Origin: Octopus sinensis
Taxonomy: Eukaryota
Direction of reading: 5' to 3'
DNA: 64,000 bases
Assembly: GCF_006345805.1 (NCBI RefSeq)
Contig: NC_043004.1
Location: forward strand, 32,302,001-32,366,000
Below are positions 52,345 to 64,000 of this stretch, piece after piece. Numbering within the stretch: position 1 is the stretch's first letter; each line of letters begins with the position of its first letter. The translations under genes and the position numbers were made by a program. A model generated the notes under the pieces. That model did no database searches, had not been told where the DNA came from, and was given only the letters and a program-made list of their open reading frames with translations.

Positions 52345-53690
52345 TATCATCATCATCATCATCGTTTAACATCTGTTTTCCATAATGGCATGGGTTGGGC
52401 GGTTTGACTGGGGTCTGGGAAACCAGGAGGCTGCATCAACCACTCCAAGAGTGTAGTGGATGCTTTTTACATGCCATCGGCACAGGGGCAAGAGTGGGGC
52501 TGGCAATGATCACGGCCAGTTGGTGCTTTTTACGTGTTACTGACATGGAAGCTAGTCAAGGCGACACTGGCATCAGCCATGTTCAGATGGTGCTTTTTAT
52601 GTGCCACTGGCACAGGGCTCACAACTACAATTTCCATTTGATTTTGGTTTTGATGTACTTGACTCAATATGTCTCCTCGAGCATGGCCTGTCACCCTACA
52701 ATCCAAGGTACTTTTGAGTGGGCTGGTTATGCGACACTGGTGTAGGTTACAGCTGTGAACTCACTTTATTTGCCAGGTCTTCTCAGTCACAGCATATCTC
52801 CAGAGGTCTTGGTCTTTTGTCATTGCCTCTGTGAGGCCCAGCGTTCAAAGGTCATGCTCGACCACCTCATCCCATATCTTCCTGGGTCTACCTCTACCCC
52901 AGATTCCTTTAACTGTTTGGGAGTGGCACTTCTTCACACAGTTCTCCTCATCCATCAGTAGTACATGACCATACTAACACAAATGTCTCTCTTGCATGCG
53001 ACATCTGATGCTTCTTATGTCCAATATTTCTCTCAGGGTGCTTACACTCTGTTGTGTGTGCACACTGACATGACACATCCAGCAGATCATGCTAGCTTCA
53101 TTTCTTTCGAGCCTACACATGTCTTCTGCAGTCACGGCCCATGTTTCACTGTTGTGAAGCATGGCAGTTCACACACATACATCGTACAATCTACCTTTCA
53201 TTCTGAGTGAGAGGTCTTTGTCACCAGTAGGGGTAGGAGCTTTCTGAACTTTGCCCAGGCTATTCTTATTCTAGTGGTAACACTCTCTTAGCATCCACCC
53301 CCACTACAGTCTTGGTCACCTAGGTAGCGGAAGCTATCAACTACTTCTAGTTTCTCCCCCTGGCATGTGATGGAATCTGTTTTCTGAGCATCTGTGGTGT
53401 TTATTGCCCCTGTGCATCTGACACACATGAAAGCTATCTTCCCAGTTAATCTTCCTTTGATGTTGCTGCACTACTTATGTGTCCATAGCTTATACTGGGT
53501 ACAGCTTATGGAGTTTCCACCTACACCTTTTCTGCAGATTGAGCAGAGCCACCTACCTGCAGGGGTGTGTGATGTTTGCCTTCCTACTTACTAGAACTTT
53601 GGTCTTTGCAACATTGACTCTAAGGCCCTTCGATTCTAAACCTTGCTTCTACACCTGAAATTTCTTCTCTAGTTCTGCTAGCGATTCTAA
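52345..53690 (-). mobile_element. RTE LINE 3' portion including the Cys-rich segment
   Basis: CRKGVGGNSISCTQYKLWTHK, MLHNSETWAVTAEDM, modular UTR, (GAT)n. Confidence 0.9.
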
Positions 53691-53825
53691 AATATATAGG
53701 TTCCAGCGTACATAATTCCTCATCTCTCAAATATAAAACTGAGAAAGAGCTGGTTTCTAACTTAGATCCAAGACTCCTTCATTGGAATTTCAACAACATC
53801 AACAGGGTATTTTTGTATGTATGTA

Positions 53826-54875
53826 TGAGGGGGTACCCAAAAGTAACTGGAAACGTTCCCTGTGGGACAAGCCTGTTGTAGTTCGGGCTTCTGTCACTAG
53901 AAACCACTTGATGTGACCCTCAGCCATCAGTCTGCCAACCAACATTGTTGAGTGAAGTCGTACTGCCACATGGGACATCTTTGTTTTGCAGTGCTTCTTC
54001 CCTGTTTGTCGATTTTTTTGTGATGGCTGAAACAAAGGAACAGCATGCGTCCATGTAATCCTGTTTTCTGCTGGGGGAAAATGGCAGCCAAAAGAGTTGT
54101 CATGCTTCAAACAGCTTACAAGGCTGCTGCCATGAGCAAAACACAAGCTTACGAGTGGTTTTCATGCTTTAGGAATGGTCACTTGTTGCTTGAAGACCAG
54201 CCTCATTCAGGGTGACTGTCGACCTCCTGAACGAATGAAAATATCATGAAAATTCATGAACTGAACTTGGAGGACCATTGCCTTACAATTGACGAACTTG
54301 TTGATATGACTGGTATGTCCTGGAGCTCTTGACAATGAATTTTGAGCAAGGAATTGTGAATGAAAAGAGTTGCAGTAAAATTTGTGCCTCACTTGCTCAC
54401 AGAAAATCAAAAGCAGTTACAGCTGAATGTGCCATAAACTGAAAAAAACAGTTGGAAATTAATCTGAACCTTTTTTCAAAGGTCATCATTGGTGATGAAA
54501 GCTATGATCTGGGAATGAAGCAGCAATCAAGTCAATGGAAGCATTCAATGTTATCATGCCTCCAAAAAGTGCATCAAGTGAAGTTCAATGTCAAGATGAT
54601 GCTGATTTGTTTCCTCGATGCAAAAGGAATTGCCCGCACAGAATTTGTTCCTCCTGGTCGAACTGCTAACCAGACATTTTACTTGGCAGTTCTGAAATGT
54701 TTGTGAGATGCAGTGAGACAAAAACATCCCGACCTGTGGTAAAGTGGAGAGTGGTGGTTTCATCATGACAATGCACCTGCACATACCACCTTGAGTGTGA
54801 GACAGTTTTTGATGAAAAATGATATGACTCCTCTTACCTGCCTTCCTGATTCACCCGATCTTACTCCCTGTGAAT
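53826..54875 (+). mobile_element. Mariner (DD34D-type) relic, 3'-truncated
   Basis: KFVPHLLTE, IIGDES, HHDNAPAH, DSPDLTPCE. Confidence 0.88.
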
Positions 54876-54876
54876 T

Positions 54877-55360
54877 GTATGTATGTATGTGAGTGTGTAT
54901 ACATACATATATACATACATTTCTAAAAAAAATACCAAACAGAAAATTCCCAGGCCTAGATCTTATTACAGGATATTGGTTTAAAAAAACCTCAATTTTT
55001 ATAGTATGTATGTATATATGCATGCATGTATGTATGTATATATGCATGCATGTATGTATGTTTAGATGTATGTATGTATGTGAGTGTGTATACATACACA
55101 TATATACATACATTTCTAAAAAAATACCAAACAGGAAATTCCCAGGCCTAGATCTTATTACAGGATATTGATTTTAAAAAACCTCAATTTTTATAGTATG
55201 TATGTATATATGCATGCATGTATGTATGTTTGGATGTATGTATGTATGTGAGTGTGTATACATACATATATATACATACATTTCTAAAAAAATACCAAAC
55301 AGGAAATTCCCAGGCCTAGGTCTTATGACAGGATATTGTTTATGAACCTCAATTTTTAAT
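54877..55360. repeat. Tandem triplication of a ~170-190-bp unit
   Basis: TTTCTAAAAAAATACCAAACAG.AAATTCCCAGGCCTAG.TCTTAT.ACAGGATATTG occurs three times with microsatellite spacers. Confidence 0.9.
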
Positions 55361-55981
55361 GGCAAGATTTAATAAGACTATTTGAGAAGTGTATCAAGGT
55401 TACATTAAATGTGTTCATATGGCTGTCAACAGTCATCACACTGCCCATTCTTCAAAATAGCCAAACCATTGAAGCTATAAATTACCATCCAACAGCCTGC
55501 CAAAGCATCATGTATAAGATATACTTTAGCTGCCTCAACCCTTTTCTGTAAGATCATTGTACCACTAATGACATTTCTGTAAGATCATTGTACCACTAAT
55601 GATATTGTAACCCCAGAACAAGGTTGGGGAAAAGAATGAAGTGTAGTGATGTGTTGAGTAGCTACTAGTTAACAAAATGATGCAAAAAAGAACAATAAAG
55701 AATCATAAAAACTTGGCTGAACTGTCAGAAAGTCTTTGATGCCACCCTGGGTGGATTATCAAGGTACTGTGATTACCAAAGTAACTATCTTGTCCAAGTT
55801 TGCAAACATGAAATCAACAACATAATTGAAATAGTTAATGAACTTGAGGAGAAGTATGAAACAAAAGCTGATACAGATTTCTCCCCAAGGAGCATTGATA
55901 AAATCTATTTATCAAAAGATCAAAATATTAAAAAAGTTTTCAGTTAAATGGGAAGATAGTTCATGGGTACAATGATAGTTC

Positions 55982-56400
55982 ATGGACACATTGAAACTCC
56001 GACGTCTGGCAGCTGACCTGGCAGACACCCATAAAATTATCAACCATCGCACAAACAATAACACTGAGCACCTCTTCAAACTCCACCCGTGGACATATTT
56101 ACAAAGTAAGAAAACAGCACAGCTCCCATGACTTCAGGAAACATTTTTTCACGCTGAGAGTTGCTGAAGCGTGGAACAAACTGCCGGCATCGGTTGTTAG
56201 TTGTCGGAGCACTGCATCCTTCAAGACTTCCATGCTTCCTGAGATTCGCCAACACTACACTTGATTTTCTCCCCTCCATACACACACAAGCATGTTCACT
56301 TTCCAGACATTTCTACATTACTGCATGTACTTTATATGCACTTTCTGACAAGTTGTCGTGCACCTGAGCACTGTATACAATAATTTCATTATTATATTAT
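55982..56400 (+). mobile_element. CR1-clade LINE 3' end
   Basis: TLKLRRLAADL...RGH..K...RKHFFTLRVAEAWNKLPASVV...SFK; (ATT)n tail. Confidence 0.85.
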
Positions 56401-57220
56401 TATATACAAACCATAAAGGGAAGTGATCATATCAAAAATTTGGCATGGACTAACAACAAATCGATTTCCTACATATTTTATTGGATAAACTTATTGTCCC
56501 AGGTATGTTCTCATAAATTCATCATGCTTTTCCATCTAGATTTACCTCTTTCCTGCCAAGCTTACTGCTTAAACCATGTTTGTGTTCTCCCAGTCATCAG
56601 CCTTATCACTACTGGTACTTTAAACTCTTTGGTTGCATATTTGTGTGAATAAAACACTGATTTAACCTAAATTTGAGACACCAGCAAAAGAAGAAATTAA
56701 GATAGACTTTTTTTCTATTCCAAAGCTGGCAGGCTAAGGAACTGCACCAGACACCAGTCTGATTTCACATGATTTCTACAGCTGGATGCTCTTCCTAACA
56801 TCGACCACTTTTCAGAGTGTGCTGGGTGCTTTTACTGCACAAGGGATTTTATGTGGCACTGCACAGTTGCCTTTACATAGCACCACATAGACTTTTCTAT
56901 GTGGCACTGCACAAATACTTTTACATGTTGTGCACACAGGTGCTTTTATGTGGCACCACATGGATGCTTTTATGTGGCACTGCCATGAGTGCTTTACACT
57001 ATCAGAAGAATCAGTCTTAACATTTCTGCAGGTGTCTTGCTACAACAGAGGGGGCATTAGAGGAGGTGATCCAGTATCAAACGAAGAAAGGTTAGAATGT
57101 ATCAGGGAAACAGAGAGGCAGAAATAGGTGTCTTGCTATAGAGGCGGTCTATGGTTACTCAGTGAGAGAGAGAGGGGAGGGGAGAGAGAGGAGGGGAGAG
57201 AGGTACCATCCACAGGTACC

Positions 57221-57440
57221 AATTTCTTTACTACCCACAAGGGGCTAAACATAGAGAGGACAAACAAGGGATTAAGTCGATTAGGTCGACCCCAGTGTGT
57301 AACTGCTACTTAATTTATCGACCCCGAAAGGCTGAAAGGCAAAGTCGACCTCAGCGGAATTTGAACTCAGATTGTAACGGCAGACGAAATACAGCTACGC
57401 ATGTCACCCGGCGTGCTAATGTTTCTGCCAGCTTGCCGCC
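57221..57440 (-). mobile_element. tRNA-headed SINE (family of 25070-25300)
   Basis: Reverse complement match over almost the full length. Confidence 0.85.
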
Positions 57441-57633
57441 TTGGTACCATCCACTTCTGTATACAGCTGTCTTCACTCATATGCATCACATGTCCAAACC
57501 AACGCAGTCTCCTCTCCTGCATACCACATTTAATCCCTCTTATGGCAAACTTTTCTCTGAACACAATAATAATAATAATAATAATGATAATAATAATAAC
57601 GATAATAATAATAATGATAATAATAATAATAAT

Positions 57634-58701
57634 ATAAGGAAAGCAAAAAATTTGCTATTGATCTCGTGCAGGATACCCAAACTGAACAACCCGAGGGAAG
57701 TACGGCAACTATTGTTGCAAAGAAGGTGAAAATGATGGCAATGAAAAAAGCGCACGAGCAATTGGCTGATAGGTGGGAGGAGAAACCTCTGCACGGCAAA
57801 TATGTGACCCGCAGCAAACAAGCTGATGTTGACCAGAAGCAAACCCATCAGTGGCTACGGAGCTCAGGGCTAAAAGCAGAGAGCGAAGGTTTCATCCTGG
57901 CTGCTCAAGATCAAAGCCTATTAACCCGGAACTACCAGGCCAATGTGATGAAAAATGGAGCAGACCCAAAATGCCGATTCTGCAACGACATGATTGAAAC
58001 AGTGGACCACCTAATCTCTGGATGTAAAGTCTTAGCACCAGTGGAGTATAAATTAAGACATGACAGAGTTGGCCAATATCTCCACTGGCTAATAAGTCAG
58101 CATTACAATATCAAAACTGCCGACAAGTGGTATAATCACCACCCTGAGGCTGTAACTGAAGGTGAAAATGTAACCATTCTGTGGGACTTTCCAGTACATA
58201 CAGACCGAACCATCAAGGCCAATAAACCAGATATTGTTGTGAAAGACCAAAACAATAAAGTTTGCTTATTGATCGACATGAGCATCCCCTGTGATCATAA
58301 TATCTCAGCGAAAGAGTTTGACAAGCTCAGAAAGTATAAAGACCTACTCATTGAAATTGAGAAAATGTGGCATCTCAAGGCGGTTACAATACCAGTGATC
58401 GTAGGAGCACTAGGAATGATCAAGAAGGGAACCGAAAATTATATGAGAATGATCCCTGGCTTACCATCCCTGCAAGAAGTGCAAAAGATTGTCTTAACTG
58501 GTACATCACACGTATTGAGAAGAGCATTGTCGATGTGAGAACTGTTGCTGCTCATGTATTTTAATTTAACTTAAAAAAAAAAATAAAAAAAAAATGAACG
58601 AACTAATGGCCTACCAATGTATACTATGAGTTTCTTTGCCCTAGGAGTCGGGAAGACACTCGGCAAGAAATGGAAGCAAATTTGAAAGAAGAAAAAAAAA
58701 G
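57634..58701 (+). mobile_element. Dong/R4-clade LINE 3' portion inserted in (TAA)n
   Basis: (AAT)n on both sides (57564-57633 and 58702-58841); 3' UTR ends in an A-rich tail. Confidence 0.88.
57666..58538 (+). CDS. CCHC zinc knuckle plus restriction-like endonuclease of a Dong/R4 LINE (5'-truncated, uninterrupted)
   Basis: CRFCNDMIETVDHLISGC, RHD, KPDIVV...LIDMSIP, KLRKYKDL, IPVIVGALG. Confidence 0.9.
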   Translation: MQDTQTEQPEGSTATIVAKKVKMMAMKKAHEQLADRWEEKPLHGKYVTRSKQADVDQKQTHQWLRSSGLKAESEGFILAAQDQSLLTRNYQANVMKNGADPKCRFCNDMIETVDHLISGCKVLAPVEYKLRHDRVGQYLHWLISQHYNIKTADKWYNHHPEAVTEGENVTILWDFPVHTDRTIKANKPDIVVKDQNNKVCLLIDMSIPCDHNISAKEFDKLRKYKDLLIEIEKMWHLKAVTIPVIVGALGMIKKGTENYMRMIPGLPSLQEVQKIVLTGTSHVLRRALSM

Positions 58702-58774
58702 TAATAATAATAATATTAATATTAATAATAATAATAATAATAATGATAATAATAATAATAATAATGATAATAAT

Positions 58775-58825
<51 letters not shown>

Positions 58826-59039
58826 TATAATTATAATAAATAGGTTCTCATATACAAAAAGATGGAGTTGTCATTGGTCTGCTGGTTAAGATTGCTTCAC
58901 AGCCTTAGGGTTTCAAATTCAATACTACAGTGTAGCATCTTTGACACGTGTTTTTTAATATTGCCCTAGACTGACCAATGCCTTGTGAATGGATTTGGTT
59001 GAGAGTAACAGTACAAAGTCTGTTGTATGTACACACATA

Positions 59040-59440
59040 TACAAAGTCAAAAATTATCTGCACTCTCATCATAACATATCTTTATTATTGTCACATTGAC
59101 TTCTGCACGTGCGTACTTAGAGTTGGTACTATTGTGGTCATGTAATCAAAGTTTGAACCTGATTGCACCATTTTACTTTCTGGCTTTACAGTGTGCACCA
59201 CTGGAAAACAAATAGCAGTGATCTGATTTCTCTAGTTGGAAGGTGTGTCAAGTGCTGAAATTCACCAGAGGCTTTTAGCACAATATGGGGACAGTGCACT
59301 ACAATGTAGAAGAGTGTATGAGTGGATCAAGAAGTTTAAAAGTGGACAGACGTGCATGACACATGAAGAGGGAGCAGGATGCCCACAACCTCCACAACTG
59401 ACAAGAAGATGCAGCAAGGTTGAGAGATGCTGAACCAGTT
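59040..59440 (+). mobile_element. Mariner 5' fragment
   Basis: EGVSSAEIHQRLLAQYGDSALQCRRVYEWIKKFKSG HTH. Confidence 0.75.
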
Positions 59441-60599
59441 CACTATTATCATCTCTCTGCTCTTTGTTCTTCTTTGTTCTTCTTTGGTGCACGTTGCTAG
59501 TGGAGTGGCCATGCTTACACTGTAAAGCCAGAAAGAAAAATGGCATGATCAGGCTGAAACTTTTATCACATAACCACAATAATACCAACTATAAGCATGC
59601 ATTTGCAGAAGGCTGTGATGTTTGTGGTGTGTGTGTGTGTGCGCGCGCATGTTTGTGTGTGCATGTGTCAGTGTATGTGTGTGTGTGTGCATGTGTGTGT
59701 GATTGTGTTTAAATTTTTAGCTTCTGCTAGTTCTGTGCTTTCAAAGACACCTTGAATAAAACATCTCTTACTTGAAAAACATATAAGAGTTAGTGACAGA
59801 ATGAGCATCTGGCTGCAAAGTAATATACTCATCAAACCAATGCTAGTATAAATATATGGATGCCAAAATGAATGAACAAGATATAATTTACACTGATTTA
59901 AATTTTGCTCAAGAAACATATTTCACACTAATTAACTAATTTTCTTACATTCTCATTGTCATGGTGATAATGACAGTGATAAAGATGGTAATGATGATGA
60001 TAAGACAACAATGATAATGGTGGCAATACATGAGAAATAAACAATGAAAATAAATAGGGAAATATGTCTGTAAGCTAATGATCTATCACCATCTGTCAGA
60101 GTCAACCACAGTCAAGATATTTAACCTTCCTTGTGATAGTTGTATCAACAATGATAAAATTATTGTTGTCAACAAACCAGATATTGTTATCAAAATAAAA
60201 ACAAAATAAAACAAAATCTGTCAACCGATGCATATTTTTGTAAACATTAAAGAAATATAACCATAAAAGAAGACTTGCAGCTTGAAATATTCTCAACTTT
60301 TGGCATCATAGGTTATAGTTGATTACACTGGACAACAAAGATTTTGCTACTGGGGTAAAAGTATGTGTTTTAGACTAAATTGAGGATGATGATTCCGAAT
60401 CTTCACTTAGAATTGTTCTAGCATGTCAGGATTTTGAGTTATGCCCATGCACAAGATTATAACTATACTTTCGGCTAGATATAGGCCATATTATAAAATT
60501 TGCTAAAATGAAAGCAGTCTTAATCCAAAATTAAAGAAATAACAGCAATAAAACAAATGAGAAAGTTCATTATTCAGTTTAGCAATAGATGGCGCTGAT

Positions 60600-61700
60600 A
60601 TATTGTGTGCAAGCGCCAAATACGTCAGTTTGTTCTTGGTAACTCTTGGTGCTGTTTGCACTGCTGGCTTGTGTGGTATGTGTATCTCTTGCTCTGTGTG
60701 ATTTCTGTTTTAATTACTGTGTGGTTCATAAGATTATGCTCAAGTTGGCTCCGTCATTCACACGTGCCATCTTGTTTTGAAGCATTCACTAGACAAAACT
60801 TCCTTTTTTATCTCACCTTCCTCTTCAAGTGATACTTGAAGAAGTTGATGAGAGATTGACCAGAGAGGAAGTTTTTTGTCTCTTGACCTTTCAGACACGT
60901 CCACCACACACATTCTTTTGCCATAGCCACAAGTACGATGAAAATGGCTCTTCCTTCCCTTTTCAAGGAAGGAGGCATGACAATATTCACGATAGACTTG
61001 GTTGATAAACTGACTCATCCCACATGCGATAGCAGTCATTCGACATAGGCCCACAGGTCGGAAGTGGTTGAACACTGTACGAGTGCGTGCAGGATGGTTT
61101 CGTTGCTCTGACCGCATCTCAGACAGGTCGGCCCCATGTCTCTTGAGCCATGTCTGTAGAGCTTATCCCGAATGGGTAGTGCTTCTCGATAGCACTGCCA
61201 GGCCAGGGATATCTGGAAGTTGTCCATAGGTCCTGGCCCGAAAGTCATCTTGAACAGGTGGGTCAGATATTCCTCGTCGATGCCCAGGTTCACCCCAAGA
61301 TCATCGTCATACTTCCCCTCCACTAATCCCCTATAGAATGCTTTGGTTGTGTTGAAGTCGCTTAAGGTCAACCTGGGACAGCATAGTTGCTTGAGCACAA
61401 TGCGACACCCACGGTGCTACTCACCCTTCCTTGGCCTCTTTTTGATCCATGACTGCAGTTTGGTCATGTAGAGGAAAGTGTGTTTCACAAATGGCAACCA
61501 CACCTGTTCACCATCGTCTACGTAGAGCTGGAGATGTCGCAGTCTCAGCACGTGTCTGTGCATAATCAACCACGGCATGCCCAGCCCTCCTTTTAATGGG
61601 TGTTGACAGCAAATGGATTGCCAGATCATCGGTACGCATCCTTTCCTCAAGAAGTGGAAGAGAATGCATTCTAATTTGGTGATGGTAGGGTTGGGACACT
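60600..61700 (-). mobile_element. L1/Tx1-clade LINE ORF2 C-terminus, degenerate
   Basis: KGGLGMP, AWQCYREALPIRDKL...CLRCGQSNETILHALVQC (zf-RVT-type). Confidence 0.85.
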
Positions 61701-62299
61701 TATTTTTATAGTACAGTGTGTTTATTTGAACATACTTACTGTACAGTGTTTATATGACTAGATTAATAGCTGCACATTCACATGACCAACCCATATAAGT
61801 CAGTCGATGGATTGATCTAAGTGACAATGCCCCCTACCTCATAATATTTATGGTAGTAACCAATGAGTTGAGACAATGACCAAAATTATATATAAAACAG
61901 TTTTTTAAAATTAAAAGTTAATTAAGTGAGTTTGATAGACCATCATGACACTAGATTACTACTGAATATCTTGTCTCCATGTAGGGTATATCCAGGGATA
62001 AGTCAGGCTTGGTAGAGTACATAGTTCTTCTCCAATCAAGACCATTCACAACAGGAGTTGAATTCTACACAACACTTAAGAAAACACTTGTCAGTTTTAC
62101 AGTGTACAAAGAATGGCTTTATGCATCACATGACCCTCACACTTTTCTGCTTCTCAAACTGCAGCCAATATTTTCGGTTCCTAACCAAAAGAATTGTTAC
62201 CAATTTTGTGGAGTCCTCTTTTACTTCTCTTCTAAACAATGGCAGCTCCATAAGCAATACCCCCATGCAAAAAGCTTCCACCTTCACTACATCCAACTG

Positions 62300-62890
62300 C
62301 TCACCACACATCCTTGGTTAGTCCCCTCCAAATCTACCTTTTCTACTTCACCATGCTCTCACAAACAAGAGCAGAAATACACTCAGTTGCCTCAAACAAA
62401 CAAGTTACCAGCTCTTTCAATATCCCTTTCATTACATTCAATCACTGGACCCACACTCACTGACATTTTAATCTCTCACTCCCTACAGGGGTGAGACAAT
62501 ATATCCTGACAACTGGAAGTGGGCATCAGTGTATCCCATTCCAAAGAAAGACAACCTTTCCAACCAAGGCAGCTATCTTCATATAACTCTCACCTGTAAC
62601 ATCTCTAAGGTGATGGAGACAGCCATTAGCAATGACTTTCTCCAACATCTTGGATCTCTTCCTCCTTAGTAAACAGAGCAGTTTCCACAGAACCAGAGCC
62701 ATTACAGGCCTACTTTCTTATGTCATTCACCAGTTCAGTGAAAGCAGTGATGTGGCTGTAGACATAAGCAAAGCCTTCTACCGTGTCTGGCATGCAAATC
62801 TATTCATATTTCTCACCTATAAGCTCTACCTTTTTCTCAGATCTTGTATCAGAAGTTTCCAATTTGAGTGCCTTATGCAGATTATATGGT
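62300..62890 (+). mobile_element. Jockey/CR1-group LINE RT relic
   Basis: WKWASVYPIPKKD...ISKVME and DISKAFYRVWH. Confidence 0.7.
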
Positions 62891-63589
62891 CCTTCATTCT
62901 TTCCTAAGATTCCTTGGCCATTCATCATTCACATGCAGCCAAACTTGTAATGATTCCATAAATGGAGGCCTTGAAGGATGAGGGATGGTAAAATGAGAGG
63001 ATGGGGGAGTAAGGTAGGGAACAGGGATGAGGGGAAGGGATTAGTAATAGGGTTGATAAAAAGGGAGAGATAGAGTTGGAAAGGTTATAGGGTGGGTTGT
63101 ATGAGGTAAGGGACTCTAGGGCTATCCAACATTATACAGATTGGGTATGGATAGAAGGTGCAAAGAGAAGGACACAGGAAGGGAGCAATAGACTTGAGTG
63201 GAGAGCAATCCTGAATGAGTTACTGAAAGAAAGAGAGGTATAGGGTGGTTGGAGATGAAGGTCAGAGAGGAAGAGCAGTAAAAGAAAAGGAGGCACAAGG
63301 ATAGGGGTAAGAACTAGATACTGGATGGTATAATAGAGGTAGGAGGGAGAAGATCAGGATGTGAAAACTGTGAAAGCATTCTAGATGGTGAGGCAGTGGG
63401 GAGGATGTACAAAGAGAGGTGGAGGAAAATTGTAGGTGGTGAAGCAAGAGAAAGAAAGGCTAGCAGTCACCTTAAAGGTGTAAAAGTGGGGAAAGAGATA
63501 AAGATAAGGCAAGGTTTTGATAGACAATAGAGGTAACTCAGAAGAGAGTGTGGTGTGAGTGATAAAGATATAGAAATATTGTAGGGAAG

Positions 63590-63980
63590 ATGTAAGGTGA
63601 GAGTAGTATGTAAGAAGCTTGTTTCACAACCATATGGTTCCAGGTTCAATCCCACCTCATAATACTTTGTGCAAGTGTCTTCTGCTACAGCCTCTGCGAG
63701 TGGATTTGGTAAATGGAAACTGAAAGCAGTGTGTGTGTGTGTGTGCGTGTGTGTATGTAACTTTGTGTTTGTGTTTGTCACCCCACCCACCACCACTTAA
63801 CAACTGGTGTTGGTGTGTTTATGTCCCTGTATTTTAGCAGTTTGGCAAAAGAGCCTGATAGAATAAGTATCAAGCTTTAAAATAATAAGTACTGAGATTG
63901 ATTCATTTGGCTAAAAATTCTTTGAGGTGGTGCCCCAGCATGGCCACAGTCTAATGACTGAAACAAGTAAAAGGTAAAAA
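63590..63980 (+). mobile_element. tRNA-headed SINE (family of 27632-28048), diverged
   Basis: GGTTCAATCCCAC B-box, internal (TG)n, GACTGAAACAAGTAAAAG tail. Confidence 0.8.
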
Positions 63981-64000
63981 ATATATATATATATGTGCAC

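Noticed and set aside
62950-63470. Purine-rich tract as a regulatory or G-quadruplex element
   Set aside because: Low-complexity sequence next to LINE debris; nothing supports function beyond composition.

Overview
AT-rich, microsatellite-rich eukaryotic DNA, most likely a coleoid cephalopod (Octopus-like; inferred from the repeat families). The only host gene I can support is the 3' end of a CC2D1/Lgd-family gene: three + strand exons at 1-130, 3771-3895 and 5883-5918. The rest is nested repeats: tRNA-headed SINEs, RTE, CR1, Tx1/L1 and Dong/R4 LINE pieces, Gypsy pol relics, about ten Tc1/mariner/pogo elements, MITEs, Helitrons and Penelope-like elements (PLEs). Four things stand out. (1) About a dozen hammerhead-ribozyme (HHR) motifs from several unrelated families, mostly in short elements inserted into (TA)n; one is sense-oriented just upstream of a CC2D1 splice acceptor. 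(2) A young PLE with ~515-bp inverted repeats, intact HHRs and an RT-less GIY-YIG ORF. (3) A second PLE whose terminal repeat carries a tRNA-like module ahead of its HHR. (4) A variable-copy ~61-nt module in the RTE 3' UTR that can fold into a compact H-type pseudoknot. All calls were made by eye; coordinates of decayed repeats are approximate and family names need database confirmation.
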